This document shows positions 28,809 to 44,505 of a stretch of DNA of 64,000 bases, piece after piece. The stretch is from the human T2T-CHM13v2.0 reference genome, Homo sapiens. A program made the translations under genes and the position numbers. Numbering within the stretch: the first letter of the stretch is position 1; each line of letters starts with the position of its first letter. The DNA is taken from NCBI RefSeq assembly GCF_009914755.1, contig NC_060926.1; one strand, 5' to 3'. The notes beneath the pieces are model-generated. The model saw nothing but the letters and a program-made list of their open reading frames with translations, had not been told where the DNA came from and did not search any database.

Positions 28809-29113
28809 TGTGAAGATATTTTACAGATACCTTCTGTAACTGTGATTGATATCTGAGTTGCATTTACATAAAAGATGTTATCCTTGGACTGGGACCAATC
28901 CAGTCAGTTGAAAGTGCTTAAGAGCAGGAGTGAGATTTCCTTGAGGAGGAAGAAATTCTATCTGTGGACTTTAATTTCTGTTGTAGAGTTTTCTACAGCC
29001 TGCCTTCCTAAGGCACCTGCTCTATAGATTTGAGATTTTCCTAGCCAATATTCCTTGGATTCCTACCCAAAATCTCACAAGCCAATTCCCTGCAATAAAT
29101 CTCTTGATATATA

Positions 29114-31482
29114 TATATTAGTCTGTTCTCACACTGCTATAAAGAACTACCTGAGATTGAGTAATTTATAAGAAAAGAGATTTAATTGACTCAGTTCTAC
29201 AGGCTGTACAGGAAGCATGGCTGGGGGAGGCCTCAGAAAACTTACAACCATGGTGGAAGGGTGAAGGGGAAGCCAGAACATCTTCACCTGCTGGCAGGAG
29301 AGAGAGAGTGAAGGGGGAAGTGGTACACACTTTTAAACAACCATATCTCCTGAGAACTCACTCCATATCACAAGAATAGCAAAGGAGAAATTCGCCCCCA
29401 TGATCCAATCACCTCCCACCAGGTCCTTCCCGCAACACTAGGGATTACAATTCAACATCAGATTTGGGTGAGAACACAGAGCCAAAACATACTATTTCAC
29501 CCCTGGCCCCTCTCAAATCTCATGTCCTTCTCACATTTCAAAACCAATCCAGCCTTCCTGACAAGTCCCCAAAGTCTTAATTCATTCCAGTCTTTACTCA
29601 AAAGTCCAAGTCCAAAATCTCATCTGAGGCAAGGCAAGTCCCTTCCACATATGAGCCTGTAAAATCAAAAACAAGTTAGTTACTTCCAAGACAAAATGGT
29701 GACACAGGCATTGGGTAAATTCTCCCATTCTAAAAGGGAGACATTGGCCAAAATAAAGTGGCTACAGGTCCCATGCAAGTCAAAAACCCAGCAGAATGGT
29801 CATTAAATCTTAAAGCTCCAAAATAATCTCCTTTGACTCCATGTCTCACATCCAGGGCATACTGATGGAAGGAGTGGGTTCCTATAGCCTTGAGTAGCTC
29901 TTCCCCTGTGGCTCTGTGGGATACAGCCCCCACAGCTTCTTTCATGGACTGGCATTGAGTGCATGAAGCTTTTTCAGATGCATGGTGCAACCTGTTGGTG
30001 GATCTATGATTCTGGGGTCTGGAGGACAGTGGCCCTCTACTTATAGCTCCACTAGGCAGTGCTCCAGGGGGGACTCTGTGTGGGGACTCCAACCTCACAT
30101 TCCCATCCACACTGTCCTAGTAGAGGTTCTGTATGTGAGCTGTGCAGCAGACTTCTACATGGACATCCATTTGTTTCCATACATCTTCTGAAATCTAGGC
30201 AGAGGGTCCCAAAGCTCAACTCTTGTCTTCTGTGCACCTGCAGGCCCAACACCACATGGAATCTACCAAGGCTTGGGGCTTGCACCTTCTGAAGCAACAG
30301 CCTAAGCTGTAACTTGGCCCCTTTTAGCCACTGCTATAGCTGGAGCAGTTAAGACACAGGGAGCCATGTCCTGAGGCTGCAAAGAGCATCAGGGCCCTGG
30401 GCCCAGCCCACAAACCATTTTTCCCTCCTAGGTTTCCAGGCTTGTTATGGGAGGGGCTGCTGTGAAGATATCTGAAATGCCCTGGAAACATTTTCCCCAT
30501 TATCCTGGCTATTAACATTTGGCTCCTCTTCACTTATGCAAGTTTCTACAGCTAGCTAGAATTTCTTCCCAGAAAATGAGTTTTTCTTTTCTACCACATG
30601 GTCAGGATGCAAATTTTCCAAACTTTTATGCTCTGCTTCTTTTCAATGTAAGTTCCAATTTCAGACCATCTCTTCTTGAACGCATATGAGCATACGCTGT
30701 TAGAAGCAGCCAGGCTACATGTTGATCACTTTGCTGTTTAAAAATTTCTTCCACGAGACACTCCCCAAATCCTTTCTCTCAAGTTCAAAGTTCCACAGAT
30801 CTCTAGGGCAGGGGCATAATGCTGCCAGTCTCTTTGTTATAGCATAGTAAGAGTGACCTTTGCTCCAATTCCCAATAAGTTCCTCATCTCCATCTGAGAC
30901 CTCATCAGCCTGGACTTCACTGTCAATATCACTATCAGCATTTTGGTTAAAACCATTCAAAAAGTCTCTAGGAGTTTCCAAACTTTCCCACATCTTCCTG
31001 TCTTCTTTTGAGCCCTCCAAACTCTTCCAAACTCTGCCCATTACCCAGTTCCAAAGTTGCTTTTACATTTTCAGATATCTTTATAGTAATGTCCCACTTC
31101 TCTGGTACCAATTTTTTGTATTCGTCTGTTCTCACACTGCTATAAAGAACTACCCGAGACTGGGTAATTTATAAAGAAAAGAGGTTTAATTGACTCACAG
31201 TTCCACAGGCTGTACAGGAGGCCTCAGGAAAGTTACAATCATGACAGAAGGGTGAAGGGGAAGCAAGCATGTCTCCACATGGTGGCAGGGGAGAGAGAGT
31301 GAAGGGGGAAGTGTAACACACTTTTAAACAACCAGATCTCTTGAGAACTCACTATCATGAGAACAGCAAGGGAAAAATACACCCCAATGTATCCAATCAC
31401 CTCCCACCAGGTCCCTTCTTCAACACTGGGGATTAAAATACAACATGAGATTTGGGTGGGGACACAGAGCCAAACCATGTCA
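29114..31482 (-). mobile_element. Complete MSTA MaLR element (5' LTR 31117-31482, internal 29495-31116, 3' LTR 29114-29494)
   Basis: Two direct LTR copies beginning T(A/G)TATT(A/C)GTCTGTTCTCACACTGCTATAAAGAACTACC flank a ~1.6-kb MaLR internal region; 5-bp TSD ATATA. Confidence 0.92.
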
Positions 31483-32035
31483 ATATATGTCTAACCTACT
31501 GCTTCTGCTTTTCTGTTAGAAGCCAGGCTGATACATGCTCTATTCTCTTGTCTCTTCCATGTTCTCTTCTCCTTTTTCATGGGCTAGAACTCATGGTGAC
31601 CTAGTTTTGACCATGTAGATGGTGGCGCAATCCCCAAGAGAGAGTGAAGGAGCTGTATGAGAAAGTACTCAGGTCCTTGAATGTCCATATAGGCAATAGT
31701 TGCTCTGCCAACCTGGACAACCCACGTTAGAACTGTAATGTGAGTGGGAAATACATTTTTTGTTTTAAGCCACTTTCCTTATGAGTCTCTTTGCTACAGC
31801 TATGTATATCCTTTTCCTCTAATATAATTACTATTTTGAAAGTACAGTTGATTTTGGTGTTTCTATTTATAGATATTAATGTGACTGAGAACTCTGACAT
31901 GTCTTTATATGGAATATACATGTGGGTTTTGTCTGTGGTCCAATCAAACTTAGTCTATCAATCACTTTAAAAGTATTGAGTCCTCACTCATACCAAACAC
32001 TCTGAAAATACAATAGCATAAAAATTAAGTGTTGT

Positions 32036-33056
32036 TGGCAGTTCCAAGATGGCTGAATAGGAACAGCTCCAGTCTACAGCTCCCAGCATGAGCGACACAG
32101 AAGACGGGTGATTTCTGCATTTCCAACTGAGGTACAGGGTTCATCTCAGGCTTGTCGGACAGTGGGGGCAGGACAGTGGGTGCAGTCCACTGAGCATGAG
32201 CTGAAGCAAGGTGAGGCATCACCTCACCCGGAAAGTGCAAGGGGTCAGGGAATTCCCTTTCCTAGCCAAGGGAAGGGGTGACATACGGCACCTGGAAAAT
32301 CAGGTCACTCCTACCCTAATACTGCGCTTTTCCAATGGTCTTAGCAAATGGCACACCAGAGGATTATATCCTGTGCCTGGCTCGGAGGGTCCCATGCCCA
32401 CGGAGCCTTGCTCATTGCTAGCATAGCAGTCTGAGATCAAACTGCAAGGTGGCAGCGAGGCTGGGGGAGGGGCGCCTGCCATTGCTGAGGCTTGAGTAGG
32501 TAAACAAAGCGGCCAGAAAGCTGGAACTGGGTGGAGCCCACAGCAGCTCAAGGAGACCTGCCTGCCTCTATAGACTCCACCTCTGGGGGCAGGGCATAGC
32601 TGAACAAAAGGAAGCAGAAACCTCTGCAGACTTAAATGTCCCTGTCTGACAGCTTTGAAGAGAGTGGTGGTTCTCCCAGCATGGAGTTTGAGATCTGAGA
32701 ACGGACAGACTGCCTCCTCAAGTGGGTCCCTGACCTCTGAGTAGCCTAACTGGGAGGCACCCCCAGTAGGGGAAGACTGGCACCTCACATGGCCGGGTAC
32801 CCCTCTGAGACGAAGCTTCCAGAGGAACGATCAGGCAGCAACATTTGCTCTTCAGCAGTATTTGCTCTTCTGCAGCCTCCGCTGCTGATACCCAGGCAAA
32901 CAGGGTCTGGAGTGGACATCCAGCAAACTCCAACAGACATGCATCTGAAGGTCCTGACTGTTAGAAGGAAAACTAACAAACAGAAAGGACATCCACACCA
33001 AAACCCCATCTGTACATCACCATCATCAAAGACCAAAGGTAGATAAAACCACAAAG
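32036..33056 (+). promoter_or_regulatory. L1 5' UTR internal sense/antisense promoter
   Basis: YY1 core CAAGATGGC near the 5' end; ~1.02-kb UTR before the ORF1 ATG; many CpGs decayed. Confidence 0.7.
32300..32482 (-). pseudogene. L1 ORF0 homolog, 60 aa (prematurely terminated)
   Basis: MAGAPPPASLPPCSLISDCYASNEQGSVGMGPSEPGTGYNPLVCHLLRPLEKRSIRVGVT*; start context GCAATGG. Confidence 0.8.
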
Positions 33057-34072
33057 ATGGGGAAAAAACAGAGCAGAAAAGCTGAAAATTCTAAAAATCA
33101 GAGCTCCTCTCCCCCTCCAAAGGAACACAGCTCCTCTCCAGCAACGGAACAATGCTGGATGGAGAATGACTTTGATGAGTTGAGAGTAGAAGGCTTCAGA
33201 TGATCAAACTTCTCCGAGCTAAAGGAGGAAGTGCGAACCCAGCGCAAAGAAGCTAAAAACCTTGAAAAAAGATTGGACGAATGGCTAACTAGAATAACCA
33301 GTGTAGAGAAGTCCTCAAATGACCTGATGGAGCTGAAAACCATGGCACGAGAACTACGTGCTGAATGCACAAGCTTCAGTAGCCGATTTGATCAACTGGA
33401 AGAAAGAGTATCAGTGATTGAAGATCAAATGAATGAAATGAAGTGAAAGAGAAGTTTAGAGAAAACAGAGTAAAAAGAAACAAACAAAGCCTCTAAGAAA
33501 TATGGGACTATTTGAAAAGACCAAATCTAAGTCTGATTGGTGTACCTGAAAATGATGAGGAGAATGGAACCAAGCTGGAAAACACTCTGCAGGTTATTAT
33601 CTAGGAGAACTTCCCCAACCTAGCAAGGCAGGCCAACATTCAAATTCAGGAAATACAGAGAATGCCACAAAGATACTCCTCGAGAAGAGCAACTCCAAGA
33701 CACGTAATTGTCAGATTCACCAAAGTTGAAATGAAGGAAAAAATGTTAAGGGCAGCCAGAGAGAAATGTTGGGTTACCCTGAAAGGGAAGCCCATCAGAC
33801 TAACAGCGGATCTCTTGGCAGAAACTCTACAAGCCAGAAGAGAGTGGGGACCAATATTCAACATACTTAAAGAAAAGAATTTTCAACCCAGAATTTCATA
33901 TCCAGCCAAACTAAGCTTCATAAGTGAAGGAGAAATAAAATACTTTACAGACAAGCAAATGCTGAGAGATTTTGTCAACACCAGGCCTGCCCTACAAGAG
34001 CTCCTGAAGGAAGCACTAAACATGGAAAGGAACAACCGGTACCAGCCACTGCAAAAACATGCCAAATTGTAA
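33057..34072 (+). pseudogene. L1 ORF1p, disrupted
   Basis: ATG GGG AAA AAA CAG start; ORF pieces ...LDEWLTRITSVEKS... and ...RISYPAKLSF...QKHAKL*; internal stops and a frameshift. Confidence 0.92.
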
Positions 34073-34135
34073 AGACCATCAATGCTAGGAAGAAACTGCA
34101 TCAACTAACGAGCAAAATAACCAGCTAACATCATA

Positions 34136-37988
<3,853 letters not shown>

Positions 37989-38299
37989 ACAATGAAAACA
38001 CTTGGACGCAGGAAGGGGAACATCACACACTGGGGCCTGTCATGGGGTGTGGGGAGCGGGGAGGGATAGCATTAGGAGATATACCTAATGTAAATGACGA
38101 ATTAATCGGTGCAGCACACCAACATGGCACATGTATACATATGTAACAAACCTGCACTTTGTGCACATGTACCCTAGAACTTAAAGTATAAAAAAAAATT
38201 AAATGTTGTCACCACTATTACACACATTATTACATACTGTGTAATAATGTAATAATAACATTATACATACATTACTCACATAATTACTCACATTAATAG

Positions 38300-40040
38300 G
38301 CAGTAGCAGAGAGAAGAACAAAGTTTATAATATGTTCCAGGAACAGAAAAATATTCAGCATGGTAGAGGATTGAGTATAAGAAAAAGTGGCAGAGGTGAT
38401 GGGGCTAGAGATACATAAGGAATGGTTAATATAGGACTTTTTAAGCCTGGCTAAGGTGGATGAGCTTTATTCTCAGAATATCGAGGAGAATAGTAACATG
38501 ATTACACTTATACTTTTCCAAGACAAATCTGATTGTAGTATGGAGGACAAATTGGAGAAAGGCAAGAATATAAGCAGGAAAATCAGGAGTCTATTGCAGT
38601 AATCGAGCCAGGTGATGATGCCTGGAATGAAAGTGTCAAAAGTGGGCATAGAGAAAAGTAGTTAGATTCCAGAGAGCTCTTGATAATTAGCCTTGTGTAA
38701 CACAGAAGAGGAAGGATTCGATATTGACAGATGTCCCTTTTTAAAAATTAGGTGGATGAGGTAATAACTAAGAGAGATCAGAGCTATAGGAGAAGGTTAG
38801 GTGGGAGGTTTGTAGGGAAGAGGAAGATGATGAGCTTGTTTTGTGTCTGGTTGTATTTAACAAAGCTGTGGAAGCAATTAAATTTGTGGGTCTCTATTAG
38901 TTAAGGTAAATAATGTTAGTTATTAAAACAGACAACCCTTTAGTACAGTAGTCCCCATCTTATCCATGACAGATACGTTCCAATACCCCCAGTATCCACT
39001 GAAACTACAGTTAGTATGGAATTCTATATATACTATGTTTTTCCTATGCATATATACTTATGATAAAGTTTAATTTATAAATGAGGCATGGTGAGAGATT
39101 AGCAACAAAAGTAATAGAACAATTAATATACTGTTATAAAAGTTATATAAATGTGGTCTCTCTCTCTCTTTTTCCCTCTCTCTCTCCAAATAGCAAATTG
39201 TATTGTATTGTTGTATTGTGGGTAACTGAAGCCACAGAAAGCGAAACCGTGACTAAGGGGAGAATGCTGTGTTAAACTAAACACAATAAAAGCTTATTTC
39301 ACAGTCAGTTAAAAGTCCAGTGTGGGTGGGAGTGGTAGAATAGGAATCTGTTCCATATGATAATTAAGGCTCCTTTCATCTAGGACTTTTGTCCAGGTCT
39401 CTGAAATTCTTTTATTCACCCGGCAGAATGAGTATTGCCCATGGGAGGGTTTTATGGGCCAGCCCTAGAAGTAGCAATTTTACTTCCAGAGTAACATCAC
39501 ATAATCACTCTGAACAGCACAATGTTCAGAATGTATTTTTCACAATGGCTGAAAAATACATTCTAGCTTGTGTCTGAGAACTAAGATGAGAATATGGATA
39601 TTGGTGAACATCAACAGTCTCTGGCATAGTTCCTGGAATAACAGAGCAGAAGATGCACAGTTAGTAGTCACTTGGTTATAAATAATATGTAAAGTCATGA
39701 ATGAAGAAGAGATTGCCAACATAAAATATGCAGAATGAGAAGGGGGTTTAGGGCAACAATGCTGAGAATTACTAACCTAAGGAATGAACAAAGGAAGAGA
39801 ACTCACAAAGGAAACTGAAAAGAAAGGCCAGAGATGTAGGAGAGTAGTCACAGAATTGAAAGGAAGAGAGTATTTCCAGAAAGTGGAAATGATCCTCAAG
39901 GTGAAAGGATTCTATGAAGTGTAAGGTGTGGGTTAAGGAGGATATTCCTGCTTTGAGGAAGAACTATCAGGGTTGAAAACTATATTTCAGTAGGTAGAGG
40001 AATGTTTGGGAGATTATAGGATACGAGTAGTAAGACTATT
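38300..40040 (-). mobile_element. Decayed L2 segments, interrupted by an MLT1-like LTR (~38892-39630)
   Basis: Purine-rich antisense L2-like blocks such as GGAGTCTATTGCAGTAATCGAGCCAGGTGATGATG. Confidence 0.5.
38946..39269 (+). mobile_element. MER44-like (Tigger7, Tc1/mariner) MITE
   Basis: TA|CAGTAGTCCCCATCTTATCC...GATACGTTCCAA left TIR; right end GCGAAACCGTGACTAAGGGGAGAATGCTG. Confidence 0.8.
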
Positions 40041-40269
40041 AAACTCTTTCTAAAAGATACAAGCAGCAAACACAGGATATAATTTTTTTAAAATAATATA
40101 CCACTCACAGAATTAAATACTTAGTAATAAATCTAACAAAGGACAAAGGATTTTAGATTTTGTAACAGAATATTTTTGTTTACCATATAGGGAATATATA
40201 TATATTCACTGTACCAAAACCCAAAACCCAAAGTATTAAAAGAAATATAAAAACAGAATGTGTCTTTCT

Positions 40270-40425
40270 ATATATTTATAAATTATATATATTTATAAAT
40301 ATCTATATTTACAATATTTATAATATATTTATAAATATCTATATTTACAATATTTATAATATTGTAAATTTATGCATTAAATTATACATATTTATACAGT
40401 ACACATTTATAAATATCTATATATC
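40270..40425. repeat. AT-rich low-complexity tract with a 36-bp tandem duplication
   Basis: ATATATTTATAAATATCTATATTTACAATATTTATA at 40287 and 40323. Confidence 0.8.
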
Positions 40426-40754
40426 TACTTTTAACACCATGGGAATGACATTATACATTTTTTTTACAAGCCATTTCTTCTACTCATAGCATTGCAGACA
40501 TCTATGGCAGGAACTGCTTGTGGCATAGCCAAAGGCCGTTTCTCCCTTTCACCCTTGATAGGGAATTCTGATTTGGTTCAGATACTCATCTCTCTACCAC
40601 AGGAACATGTGTTTCACCAAGCTATTTGTGACAATTTTATTGTTTTTTCCAGGGACTGATTTAGGAATGAGTGTTTGCAATGTCAATGAGAGATGAAGGG
40701 AAGTCAATTAGAAAGTGTAGAAAAGGTTTTCTTTCTCCTAAAATGTGACGCAAG

Positions 40755-40887
40755 TCTAGGCATAGTGGTGTGTGCTTGTAGTCCCTGCTACTTGGAAGCG
40801 AGGGAGAATTCTTTAACTCAGGAATTTGAGACCAGCCTGGGCAACATAGCAAGACCCCCATCTCTAAAATAAAAATAAAAAATTAAA
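40755..40887 (+). mobile_element. FLAM_A-like Alu monomer inside an MLT1 LTR (~40505-41460)
   Basis: Single monomer ...GCTTGTAGTCCCTGCTACTTGGAAG...GAGACCAGCCTGGGCAACATAGCAAGACCCC with A tail. Confidence 0.75.
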
Positions 40888-41038
40888 AGTGACAACCCCT
40901 TTTCTTCTGGACACAGCTATACTGGCATGTGACAACTGGAACTCTAGCAGCTACCTTGTAACATGAGGAGAGCCAGCCTCAGGACAGATTGTTGTGCTGC
41001 TGTTGACACCTTGGAAACATGAATAGAAGCTGGATTTC

Positions 41039-41326
41039 TTTTTTTTTTTTTTTTTTGAGAGGGTCTCATTCTGTTGCCTAAGCTGGAGTGCAGTGGCATG
41101 ATTACAGCTTACAGCAGTCTTGACTGCCTGGGCTAAAGTGATCTTCCCAGCTCAGTCTCCCGAGGTGCTGGAACTATCAGCATGCACCACCATGCCTGGC
41201 TAATTTTTTTCTATTTCTTTTGTAGAGACGGGGTCTCACTTTGTTGCCCAGGCTGGTCCTAGATGATCTTCCTGCCTCGACCTCCCAAAGTGCTGGGGTT
41301 ACAGGCATGAACCACCATGCCTGGCC
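41039..41326 (-). mobile_element. AluJ SINE
   Basis: Poly(T)-GAGAGGGTCTCATTCTG...CAGGCATGAACCACCATGCCTGGCC. Confidence 0.92.
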
Positions 41327-42552
41327 TGGAATTTTTTTTTTTTTTTTTTTTTTTAACTATAGCTCCTCTCCTTAGGAACTCCTTATATGAGAATTTTTTA
41401 TTTTACATGTCTTATTGATTTGGGAATTTTTCTGTTATTTGCATCCAAAACACTAACAATATAACATATTTTCATATCAATTCAGAGATTTAACTATTTG
41501 CTTTAATTGCTGTGTGGTGTTTCACTGTGTGAATGGCTCATTACCTATTCATCCACCCAATCTTTCACCCATTCAGCATATGCTGTGGGCCAATCACTGG
41601 GGATAAAGCAGTGAACAAAACTGACTTTGTATCAACCCTCTTGGAGCTTTTTATTATTTATGTACTATATGCTAACCATGGGGAAAATGACATGTAGGAC
41701 ATAAAATGAACTAAAATATTTGTAATCCTTCTGTATTCCAATTTAACCCGCCCTCTCTGTTTTTAGGTCTTCTAGTAGTTATCATAATTTTCACATGTTT
41801 ATACCTCTATGTCTTGAGCAAACGGTTGTTTGAGGTCTGAATAATCAAGGCAGGTTTTCTTGGACAGTACATACACAAGTGAGAAGCAGGTGGGCAGGCT
41901 GGGACCACCACAAGCATCAAGGTACAGAGGACATTGGCAGTGTTTCATTACTGGGTAGAGCTACGTTTGCCTCTTTCTGCACCCCCTACCCCATGTCTAC
42001 TAGAGTGGTCCTAGTAGACATGAGGGAGAATGAGAAGGACAGCACAGTTACCTCCAGCTCTGCATTTTTTCTCTTTCTCTTTTAAGCACTCATAACTGTC
42101 AATAGAATGACCATAAGCAGGCAAGTGAATATGAAAAGAATATATAATTTTATTGTTCAATAAACAGATAGTGGTGAAATAAAGTTTTGCAATAAAGAAG
42201 CCCAGAATTCTACCCAAATGGAACAGCAAACACTGGTAAAGGTAAAACTTGACAGATACCTTGCATATTGACTTGGTTGGCAAAATACATTTTAACTAAA
42301 AGGTGTGGACTTAGGTTTGCTCATTGACATCACAGATTGTGAATAACTATGAGAAAAGGGCTCATAGTATTCACCTGTGGCTTAAGTAGACTCATCCTGT
42401 AATTTACCTCAGATCCCATGTCCTGGCCTAGAACTTTTGACAGATAAGGCACCTATCACCATCCCAGGCCTTCCACCCAACCACCTCAGTTTTGTTGAGA
42501 CGGTAAATCCTCTCCATTTTTAACAACAAAAATATTTAAGCACTAGTGGAGA

Positions 42553-44050
42553 TGAGTCTTTTCTCCATTGCTTGTTTTTTTCAGCTTTGTTGAACATCAG
42601 GTATTTGTAGGTGTGTGGCCTTATTTCTGGGCTCTCTATTCTGTCCCATTGGTCTATGAGCCTGTTTTTTTGTACCAGCACCATGTTGTTTTGGTTACTA
42701 TAGCCCTGTAGTATAGTCTGAAGTCAGGTAATGTGATGCCTTCAACTTTTTTCTTTTTGCTTAGGATTGCCTTGGCTATTTGGGCTCTTTTTTGTTTCCA
42801 TATGAATTTTAAAATAGTTTTTTCTACTTCTGTGAAGAATATCATTGGTAATTTGATAAGAATAACATTGAGTCTGTAAATTGCTTTGGGCAGTATGGTC
42901 ATTTTAATGATACTGATCTTTCCTATCCATGAGCATGGAATGATTTTCTATTTGTTTGTGTCTTCTCTGATTTCTTTGAACAGTGTTTTGTAATTCTCAT
43001 TGTAGAGATCTTTCAGTTCCCTGATTAGCTGTATTCCTATGTATTTTATTCTTTATGTCGTAATTGCGAACGGGATTGCCTTTCTGATTTGGCTCTTAGC
43101 TTGGCTGTTGTTGGTGTATAGGAATGGTAGTAATTTTTGTTGTTGATTTTGTCCTGAAACTTTCATAAAGTTCTTTATCAGCTGAAGGAGATTTAGGGCC
43201 GAGAATATGGGGTTTTGTAGATATAGAATCATGTCGTCTGCAAACAGAGATAGTTTGACTTCCTCTCTTCCCATTTGAATGTACTTTCTTTCTTTCTCTT
43301 GCCTGATTGCTCTGGCTAGGATTTCCAATACTATGTTGAATAAAACTGGTAAGACAGGGCATCCTTGTCTTGTGCTGGTTTTCAAGGGGAATGCGTCCAG
43401 CTTTTTCCCATTCAGTGTAATGTTGGCTGTGGGTTTGTCATAGATGGCTCTTGTTATTTTGAGGTATATTCCATTAATACAAATTTATTGAGAGCTTTTA
43501 ATATGAAGCATGTTGAATTTTATCAAAAGCATCTTCTGCATCTATTGAGATAATCATGTGATTTTTGTCTTTAGTTGTGTTTATGCAATGAATCACATTT
43601 ATTAATTTGTGTATGTTGAACCAAACTTGCTTGCATCCTGGGGATGAAGCCTACTTGATCGTGGTGGATAAACTTTTTGATGCGTTGCTGGATTTGGTTT
43701 GCAAGTATTTTGTTGAGGATTTTTGCATCAGTGTTCATCAAGGATATTGGCCTGAAGTTTTCTTTTTTTGTTGTGTTTCTGCCAGGTTTTGGTATCAGGA
43801 GGATGCTGACCTCACGGAATGAACTGGGTTGGGGGAAGTCCCTCCTCCTCAATTTTTCGGAGTAGCTTCTGTAGGAATGGTACCAGTTCTTCTTTGTACA
43901 TCTGGTAGAATTCAGCTGTGAATCCATCAAGTCCTAGGCTTTTTGTTGTTGTTGTTAGGTTATTTATTACTGATTCAGTTTCCTCATTCAACTTGTTATT
44001 GGTCTGTTCAGGAAATCAATTTCTTCCTGGTTTAGTCTTGGTAGGTATCT
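42553..44050 (-). mobile_element. L1P(A/B) internal ORF2 fragment
   Basis: Minus ORFs contain [30 protein letters not shown] and ILPKAIYR. Confidence 0.92.
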
Positions 44051-44107
44051 TTTTTATAAATTGCCTTGTCAGTTAATTTATTATTGATCAAATGTGAAAC
44101 TTTAATA

Positions 44108-44505
44108 TGTTAAAAGGAAAACTTTTGACAAATTTAACATTTTAGCAAAAAATGATTCATAAATTGGGCACCACTTAGAATCAGAAGAGGTTCAGAGAGC
44201 TCTGCTCTGCAAAGTGCACAATGAGTGTTTACAGATGGTACATGGAAGTAAAGTATAGAAATATAGTACAGAAATAGCTTGATTGCTTAAGCTAGGTGTT
44301 TGCCTTTTTGGATATGGTCTGATCACCTGGCTGCCTGTGATTGGCTGAGGCTCAGCTGCTCACTGGCTGGACTCTGCTGTTTGTTATACTCCTCAGTTAG
44401 GTTTTCAGTTTGTTTACATCCTATGTTAGCTGTGTTTTGTTACATAGGAACTCAAAGTATGGAGAACACTTTGGGCCAATGGCCTCCTGCTTATTTAATT
44501 TAACA
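44108..44505 (-). mobile_element. ERV1 solo LTR (MER57/MER93-like group)
   Basis: TGTTAA...TTAACA termini; minus strand begins TGTTAAATTAAATAAGCAGGAGGCCATTGG; CCAAT box AGCCAATCACAGGCAGCC on the minus strand. Confidence 0.65.

Larger units (their letters stand above)
28345..31818 (+). mobile_element. Old MLT1 LTR (28345-28565 and 31535-31818), split by an MLT2C/D-like LTR (28566-31534)
   Basis: GACTACATTTCCTAGTCCTCCTTGCAATTAGG is MLT1-like; TGTGATGGTCGGTTCTATGTGCCAACTTGGCTAGGC is an MLT2 start and GCTTCTGCTTTTCTGTTAGAAGCCAGGCTGATACA an MLT2 end. Confidence 0.65.

Noticed and set aside
29730-31174. Several 70-126 aa ORFs in the MSTA internal region
   Set aside because: They are fragments of the decayed MaLR internal sequence, not host genes.
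38224-38250. 11-bp-arm hairpin ACATTATTACA/TGTAATAATGT just beyond the L1 TSD
   Set aside because: It lies outside the TSD, so it is not a 3' transduction, and the low-complexity AT-rich context makes chance likely.
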